Assembly (NCBI GenBank): GCA_039923455.1
Contig: JBDTCS010000135.1
Span: forward strand, 13,492-77,491
Direction: 5' to 3'
Source: Candidatus Kapaibacterium sp.
GTDB taxonomy: Bacteria > Bacteroidota > Ignavibacteria > Palsa-1295
Length of the DNA stretch: 64,000 bases
The notes below the pieces were generated by a model. The model had not been told where the DNA came from. It made no database searches and worked only from the letters and a program-made list of their open reading frames with translations. The position numbers were made by a program, and so were the translations under genes. Numbering within the stretch: the stretch's first letter is position 1; every line of letters begins with the position of its first letter. Positions 58,299-64,000 of this stretch are shown one piece after another.

Positions 58299-59783
58299 AT
58301 GCCAGTCAGTCCAGCGAATGCCGCGAATAAAGAAGTGGCCACAGGCTCAACCAATGGTGCGATGCCAGCCAAAAAAGGAACACATAGTTTTGAATTTGAT
58401 GTACTTGTTCTCGGTGGAGGCCCCGGAGGTTACCCCGCTGCTATCCGCTCTGCGCAATTAGGAATGAAAGTGGGGCTCATCGAGCGTGAAAAACTTGGTG
58501 GAGTGTGTCTCAACTGGGGTTGCATTCCAACCAAAGCACTCTTGAAGAATGCAGAGGTCTTCGCGCAAATGCAAAACGCAAAAGAGTGGGGTGTGAGCTT
58601 TGATAATATGAAAGTCGATTTCAAAGCCGTTGTTGCTCGTTCACGTGCCGTAAGCGATCGCGTTGTCAAGGGCGTCGAGTATCTGATGCGCAAGAATAAG
58701 ATCGAAGTGATCAAAGGCAACGGTGCGCTCACCGGCAAGAACTCGATCGAGGTAACCGGAACTGACGGAACAAAGCGAACGGTCACAGCAAAGAACATCG
58801 TGATTGCAACCGGCGCTCGCGCACGCATGCTGCCGGGACTCAAAGCTGATGGGAAACAGATACTCTCGAGTACCGAAGCGATGTCGATGGATCACATCCC
58901 GGAGTCGATGACGATTATCGGCGCAGGCGCGATTGGAATGGAGTTCGCATATTTCTATCATACCTACGGCACGAAGGTCACGGTTGTCGAGATGATGCCA
59001 AACATTCTTCCGGTCGAAGACACCGATGTCTCGATCGAACTGGAAAAAGTATATAAGAAGAAGGGCTTGCAGATCTTTACCAAGACGAAGGTCAATGGTG
59101 TCACGGTCGGGAAGGGCAAGACGATCGTCGAGATCGAACCCGTTGCCGGTGGTGAAAAGCAAAAGCTGGAATCCGAATGCACGCTGATCGCGATCGGTGT
59201 CATGGGTAATTCGGAGAACGTAGGTTTTGAGAAGCTCGGCCTCAAGATGACGAAAGGATTTTTGGATGTTGATGATTACATGCGCACAAATGTCGAGGGT
59301 ATTTATGCCGTCGGAGATATTGCCGGACCACCTTGGCTTGCGCACGTTGCTACGCATGAAGGTGTAGTCGCTGCCGAGACGATCGCCGGTGAACACGCGA
59401 CACCACTCGACTACGATAATATCCCGGGTTGCACTTACTGCCAGCCACAGGTTGCAAGCGTCGGTCGGACGGAGCGCGCACTCAAAGAAGCAGGCGTTGC
59501 ATACAAGGTTGGTCTCTTTCCATTTACCGCACTCGGCAAGGCTCGTGCGATCAATGAGACGGAAGGATTTGTGAAGTTGCTTGTCGATACAAAATATGGT
59601 GAGATACTCGGTGCACACATGATCGGACCGGAGGTTACCGAGATCTTAGCAGAGATCGTTGTCGCTCGTGCCCACGGTGCAACCGCACTCTCGTTACTCA
59701 AAACGATTCACGCACATCCGACACTTTCCGAAGCGATCATGGAAGCCGCCGGTGTTGCTGAAGGAGAAGCAATTCATATATAA
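58299..59783 (+). CDS. lpdA: Dihydrolipoyl dehydrogenase (E3)
   Basis: FAD motif VLVLGGGPGGYPAAIRSAQLG, redox-active disulfide GGVCLNWGCIPTKAL, NAD motif TIIGAGAIGMEFA, C-terminal dimerisation HAHPTLSEA. Confidence 0.9.
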   Translation: MPVSPANAANKEVATGSTNGAMPAKKGTHSFEFDVLVLGGGPGGYPAAIRSAQLGMKVGLIEREKLGGVCLNWGCIPTKALLKNAEVFAQMQNAKEWGVSFDNMKVDFKAVVARSRAVSDRVVKGVEYLMRKNKIEVIKGNGALTGKNSIEVTGTDGTKRTVTAKNIVIATGARARMLPGLKADGKQILSSTEAMSMDHIPESMTIIGAGAIGMEFAYFYHTYGTKVTVVEMMPNILPVEDTDVSIELEKVYKKKGLQIFTKTKVNGVTVGKGKTIVEIEPVAGGEKQKLESECTLIAIGVMGNSENVGFEKLGLKMTKGFLDVDDYMRTNVEGIYAVGDIAGPPWLAHVATHEGVVAAETIAGEHATPLDYDNIPGCTYCQPQVASVGRTERALKEAGVAYKVGLFPFTALGKARAINETEGFVKLLVDTKYGEILGAHMIGPEVTEILAEIVVARAHGATALSLLKTIHAHPTLSEAIMEAAGVAEGEAIHI

Positions 59784-59822
59784 ATTATCGGATTCACTAT
59801 TCGTGCTTACGCACAATCAGTT

Positions 59823-60110
59823 ATGTATATCAGCAATCGTCGTTATCAAACGGATCCCAAGTCAGCCGATGAGGTCATCCGTAGAGTCGAAGATGGCTTC
59901 GCACATATACTTTCCGCGAGCCCTGGTTTCGTGAATTACTATTGTTTTCGGAACGCCGACGGGATTATAAATTCGATAAGTATTTTCAACACCGAACAAG
60001 AAGCCGAGTCATCGAATCGTGCGGCAGCGCAATGGGTTTCGAAGCATCTCGCTGAGTTATTGCCGAACCCTCCGGAGATCGTTGCCGGAGAATTGGGTGT
60101 AAGGCGATAA
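59823..60110 (+). CDS. Small hypothetical protein (95 aa), possibly ABM/Dabb-like
   Basis: Short ORF between lpdA and lipB on the same strand. The fold guess is weak. Confidence 0.35.
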   Translation: MYISNRRYQTDPKSADEVIRRVEDGFAHILSASPGFVNYYCFRNADGIINSISIFNTEQEAESSNRAAAQWVSKHLAELLPNPPEIVAGELGVRR

Positions 60111-60117
60111 GCTTCGC

Positions 60118-60795
60118 ATGCAACTACTTAATCTTGGTCTGACTCCATATTCCGAAGCGTGGGATCTGCAACGCCGCATCTTCGAAGGAGTGGTAGGTGG
60201 CCGCGGTGAGGATACACTCATCCTGCTCGAACATCCGCACGTCTATACGCAAGGGCGCATCACCGATAAAGATAATCTCCTCTTCGATCCCTCGACGCTA
60301 GATGTGATCGGTGCAGAGACATTCGAGATTGATCGTGGTGGCGACGTAACCTATCATGGCCCCGGACAACTTGTCGGCTATCCTATACTGAATCTCGCGC
60401 ACTTCAAAGAAGATCTTGGTTGGTATCTTCGAACGTTGGAAGATTCGATCATCGAGACATTGAAATATTATGGCATCGTTGGTTTCGGAATCCCACGTCG
60501 CACAGGTGTTTGGGTCGGTAGCGATGGCAATGAGGAAAAAGTTTGTGCGATCGGTATCAAGGCATCACGTTGGTGCACGATGCATGGTTTTGCATTCAAC
60601 GTATCGACCGATCTCTCCTACTTTAATCTTATTGTTCCTTGCGGAATCTCCGATCGAAAGGTTACAAGTCTTGAAAAGCTTTTGGATCGAAGTATCTTGA
60701 TGGACGAAGTTCGACAAGTCTACGCAGAGAGCTTTGCGAAGGTCTTTGAGCGCACGCTCGTCGAAAAGGAGAGCGCCCCGATCGCGCTCGCTTAG
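60118..60795 (+). CDS. lipB: Lipoyl(octanoyl) transferase
   Basis: ..LILLEHPHVYTQGR.. , ..DRGGDVTYHGPGQLVGYPIL.., catalytic Lys region ..KVCAIGIKASRW..; 225 aa. Confidence 0.85.
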   Translation: MQLLNLGLTPYSEAWDLQRRIFEGVVGGRGEDTLILLEHPHVYTQGRITDKDNLLFDPSTLDVIGAETFEIDRGGDVTYHGPGQLVGYPILNLAHFKEDLGWYLRTLEDSIIETLKYYGIVGFGIPRRTGVWVGSDGNEEKVCAIGIKASRWCTMHGFAFNVSTDLSYFNLIVPCGISDRKVTSLEKLLDRSILMDEVRQVYAESFAKVFERTLVEKESAPIALA

Positions 60796-60805
60796 CTTGC
60801 GAAAT

Positions 60806-61333
60806 ATGGAGCGCATCATTATCGTCGGCACCAGTGGCTCCGGCAAAACGACACTTGCACGTACACTCGCAAATCGGATCAACGGAAGTCACATCGAGAT
60901 TGACGCACTCTTTCACCTGCCCGATTGGAAAGAGACACCGGACGAGGAGATGCTCGCAAGGCTTGACGAGCTCACGAATGCCGAGCGCTGGACGACCTGC
61001 GGTAACTACCGAAAATTTCTCATCCCGATCGCACTCCCAAAAGCCGACACCATCGTTTGGCTCGATTACAATCTCGCGTTCGTGCTCGCTCGATTACTTC
61101 GTCGCACATTTCGCAGGCTTCTCAGACGTGAAGAACTTTGGAACGGCAATCGTGAGAGTTGGCGAATGTTCTTCAGTCGTGAGTCGATTTTCTTATGGGC
61201 GCTCAAGAGTCATTACGCAAATCGGCCGGTTTACTCAAAACTTTTCGCGCACGAAACGGATCGCTTGATCCACCTTCGCTCACCCCTCGAGACAAAACAG
61301 TGGCTGAACTCAATAACCTCGGACCTTGATTGA
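60806..61333 (+). CDS. P-loop NTPase, adenylate-kinase-like (topology-modulation protein FlaR-like / AAA family)
   Basis: Walker A GTSGSGKTT; ~175 aa; resembles small P-loop kinases. Confidence 0.6.
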   Translation: MERIIIVGTSGSGKTTLARTLANRINGSHIEIDALFHLPDWKETPDEEMLARLDELTNAERWTTCGNYRKFLIPIALPKADTIVWLDYNLAFVLARLLRRTFRRLLRREELWNGNRESWRMFFSRESIFLWALKSHYANRPVYSKLFAHETDRLIHLRSPLETKQWLNSITSDLD

Positions 61334-61809
61334 GCCGCAGCCGCCGCGGTCTGGTGTATCCCCGCAGGCCTACCAAATCTTGAACTATAACCCGATATGT
61401 CCACGTAAGTCTTCGATGAAGATATTCAGCGGTGAAACTTTGCCTCAACGATCGCTCGCATGTCACACCTGGTAGCACCCGAATTCCCGATCTTCTTACG
61501 GAAGCCAAAGCTATTTGCAAGGCTGAGAATTCCCAAATGTAGTGGTATTGTCGTGGTGGGTTTTTGAGATTATGGGATTATGTTCGTTTGTCGAAATGGG
61601 CGGAGTGTTTGGTAGGCAGACACTTCGTCCGAATTCGCAACAGTGATTGGTCAAACCGCGAGTGAGAGAGAGGAATTGCTTTTTTGAAAGTGACGCTCGC
61701 GGTTGACTGATCGCGTTTTTCTATTTTTTTATCTGCCAACGGTTCGCCCGGGACTTCCAGTCTTACGCGGGTGTCCGACTTATCATTTGGGTATTCTCAT
61801 TTCCGCATT

Positions 61810-63891
61810 ATGAAACGCTTCAGCACCCTACTTCCAATTCTGTTCTTGATCGTATTTTTTCAGGCATCATCGGCTCACGCACAGAACAGGGCGTTTGGAG
61901 CAAAATCCTTTTTATTGGATGATGGCCTCGTCCCCACACATACGGTGACGCTCAATTTCCCAGGCCCAGGTGCGGGACCGGCGAGCAATGTAGTCTTCAA
62001 TTTTCCGAATTCCGGAGGGACCTTAGTGCCGATCGGTGCGCTTGACGGACAAACGCTTCGTTGGAATGGCGGCACCAGTTTATGGGAAGCTTCGAGTCTG
62101 TTGCTAAATAGTGGTACGGCCATCGGGATCGGCTCGGCACCATTTCCTAGTGTGGGAAAGCTAAGCCTGCTGGATAATATAACCGCTACTGGGTTCAATC
62201 CAGTATCTATCTATTTCCTATCCACGGTGAATCCGGCAGCTGGTCCCGGAAATATTTACTATGGATTGAATCAGGAAACACAAGCCCAAGGTTCCACTCC
62301 GATCACAGCCATTGATGCGGGTCCGATTGGCATAGCAGGTCGAGGCACGTCTATTCGGATAGGTGCAAATAGTGTCGATCGACTCATCGGTGTTGTTGGC
62401 AGTGGCGAGAACAACGGCACCGCAACAGCAAATAATGTCTACGGACTTTACGGGCAGATCAAGAATTTTACTGGTGGTACCGTCAACAATGCCTATGCTG
62501 TTCACGGTATCGTCTTCGGTGGAAGCAACACGGTGAACGCTTCGGATTTTCACGCTGCGAACGCCGTGAATTCGGTTACCAATCTATACGGCTTGTTGAT
62601 CGATCCGCTGACAACTGGCACGTCATCCAACACCGCGATCCTGTATAATTATCCGACGAACCCATTTGCAGTCAATGGTGACGGCACGGTCTGGCTCGGA
62701 GGAAATCCACCGTTTCCAACCGGAAGCTTAGCTGTAACGCAAACAACAACGGACGCAGGTGGCAACCCGATGATACGCGGTACCCTTACCGTCAATCCGG
62801 TTTCTGCTTACAACTGGGGTAGTGCGGCAGCAAGCTTTCAATTCAAAGTTGGTGGTACGGGAGATATGTCAAGTGCGAATGTGATTGGTGTCTCGGGTTC
62901 TGGGTCGATGAATCGTGTGGCTCCAAACACTGTCGGAAGTTTGATCGGCGGTACCTTTAGTGCTATTGCCTCCGGCAGCGCTAACATTACAAAAATGTTC
63001 GGTGTAAGTACGCTCGTCAGAAATTTTGGCTCCGGCACTGCCCAAAATGCGTATAGCATGTATGCCAGCGACGGATTCGGTCCGATGACAAATCAATATG
63101 GCCTCTTCATTGAACAAATGACAGCCGGCACCAACAACACTGCAATACTCTATAACCACGCAACAAACCCATTCTCGGTCAACGGCGATGGAAGTGTTTG
63201 GATCGGTGGATTTCCGCCGCTACCAACGGGAAGCTTAGCAGTAACCCAGACCACTCCGGATGCAGGAGGTGATCCGATGATTCAGGGAAGACTCACCGTG
63301 AATCCGGTAGCCCCGTATAACTGGGGTAGCGCTGCAGCTAGTTTTGACTATACCGTTGGTGGAACTGGCGATATGAGCGGCGCAAGCGTGGGTGGCGTTA
63401 CCGGCAGTGCACACTCGAATCGTGCTGCACCAAACACTGTCGGAAGCTTGATCGGAGGAAGTTTCGACGCGATCGCACTTGGCAGCGCCAACACAACCAA
63501 AATGTATGGAGCGACGACGCTTATTCGAAACTTCGGTACCGGCACCGCACAAAATGCTTACAACTTTTATGCGTCCAACGCATTCGGCCCAATCACAAAT
63601 CTTTACGGTATGTTCATCGAACAGATGACAGCCGGTACAAAGAACGTTGCGATTTTGTACAACCATGCGACGCAACCCTTCACGGTTACCGGTAGCGGTC
63701 AAGTTGGAATTGGAACAGCTACTCCGAATGCGCAAGCAGCGCTACACATAGCAACTACGGACGCGATGATCGTACCGGTCGGCTCAACCGCGCAACGCCC
63801 ATCAGCGCCAGCAATTGGGATGATCCGCTTTAATACCTCGACTGCTCACTTCGAAGGCTATAACGGAGCAACGTGGAATAATCTTGATTAA
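61810..63891 (+). CDS. Secreted Gly/Thr/Asn-rich protein with three ~175-aa tandem repeats (beta-helix/tail-fibre-like)
   Basis: Signal peptide MKRFSTLLPILFLIVFFQASSAHAQ. Near-identical repeats (TGSLAVTQTT.DAGG.PMI.G.LTVNPV..YNWGSAAASF...VGGTGDMS.A.V.GV.GS....R.APNTVGSLIGG.F.AIA.GSAN.TKM.G..TL.RNFG.GTAQNAY..YAS..FGP.TN.YG.FIEQMTAGT.N.AILYNHAT.PF.V.G.G). The C-terminal GQVGIGTATPNAQAALHIA motif is typical of fibre proteins. No T9SS CTD. Confidence 0.6.
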   Translation: MKRFSTLLPILFLIVFFQASSAHAQNRAFGAKSFLLDDGLVPTHTVTLNFPGPGAGPASNVVFNFPNSGGTLVPIGALDGQTLRWNGGTSLWEASSLLLNSGTAIGIGSAPFPSVGKLSLLDNITATGFNPVSIYFLSTVNPAAGPGNIYYGLNQETQAQGSTPITAIDAGPIGIAGRGTSIRIGANSVDRLIGVVGSGENNGTATANNVYGLYGQIKNFTGGTVNNAYAVHGIVFGGSNTVNASDFHAANAVNSVTNLYGLLIDPLTTGTSSNTAILYNYPTNPFAVNGDGTVWLGGNPPFPTGSLAVTQTTTDAGGNPMIRGTLTVNPVSAYNWGSAAASFQFKVGGTGDMSSANVIGVSGSGSMNRVAPNTVGSLIGGTFSAIASGSANITKMFGVSTLVRNFGSGTAQNAYSMYASDGFGPMTNQYGLFIEQMTAGTNNTAILYNHATNPFSVNGDGSVWIGGFPPLPTGSLAVTQTTPDAGGDPMIQGRLTVNPVAPYNWGSAAASFDYTVGGTGDMSGASVGGVTGSAHSNRAAPNTVGSLIGGSFDAIALGSANTTKMYGATTLIRNFGTGTAQNAYNFYASNAFGPITNLYGMFIEQMTAGTKNVAILYNHATQPFTVTGSGQVGIGTATPNAQAALHIATTDAMIVPVGSTAQRPSAPAIGMIRFNTSTAHFEGYNGATWNNLD

Positions 63892-63903
63892 AGAATTGCG
63901 CCC

Positions 63904-63928
63904 TCCTCCATCGCTTTGCGATGGAGGG
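63904..63928 (+). terminator. Stem-loop after the repeat-protein gene (weak U-tract)
   Basis: 10-bp stem cctccatcgc/gcgatggagg, starting 13 bp after the stop codon. Confidence 0.3.
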
Positions 63929-64000
63929 ATGCAATACATTTAGGTGAGACTCACAAATGTATTTGGATTCGATTCGCGCATGAGCGCATAGACTGCGTCG

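Noticed and set aside
1-64000. Mobile genetic element / prophage / genomic island boundaries
   Set aside because: No integrase, transposase, tRNA attachment site, terminal inverted repeats or phage structural genes. GC content and codon usage look uniform apart from AT-rich intergenic gaps.

Overview
This 64-kb window appears to be chromosomal DNA from a Fibrobacteres-Chlorobi-Bacteroidetes (FCB) group bacterium (~50% GC). The lineage call rests on six proteins ending in a type-IX-secretion (T9SS) C-terminal sorting domain (CTD), a TonB-dependent receptor with a carboxypeptidase-regulatory-like N-terminus, and a lack of strong Shine-Dalgarno sites. Coding density is high. There are no rRNA or tRNA genes, no CRISPR array, and no transposase or integrase. 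Housekeeping genes present are dacB (5'-truncated), two M16 peptidases, miaB, murA, mtgA, a czcCBA-type heavy-metal RND efflux operon, hmgA, an SDR oxidoreductase, lpdA and lipB. The most unusual gene (10065-11948) encodes an N-terminal cytoplasmic TIR domain, a single transmembrane helix, a TolB-N-like domain and a C-terminal TPR solenoid. This is a one-component transmembrane-receptor topology in which TIR replaces the usual DNA-binding output. T9SS cargo is dense between 5 and 36 kb: two giant adhesin-like proteins (1451 and 1673 aa), a CAP/SCP-domain protein, a BNR protein, a Tat-signal DUF1501 protein that also carries a CTD, and an OmpA-family outer-membrane protein immediately downstream of the larger giant. 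Other points of interest are two tandem paralogous small secreted Cys-containing proteins, a 175-aa-repeat Gly-rich secreted protein, a structured ~240-nt intergenic segment that may be an ncRNA, a ~0.9-kb gene-poor gap, and several clean intrinsic terminators and short tandem duplications. All functional calls come from reading the translated ORFs and the DNA directly; no database searches were run.
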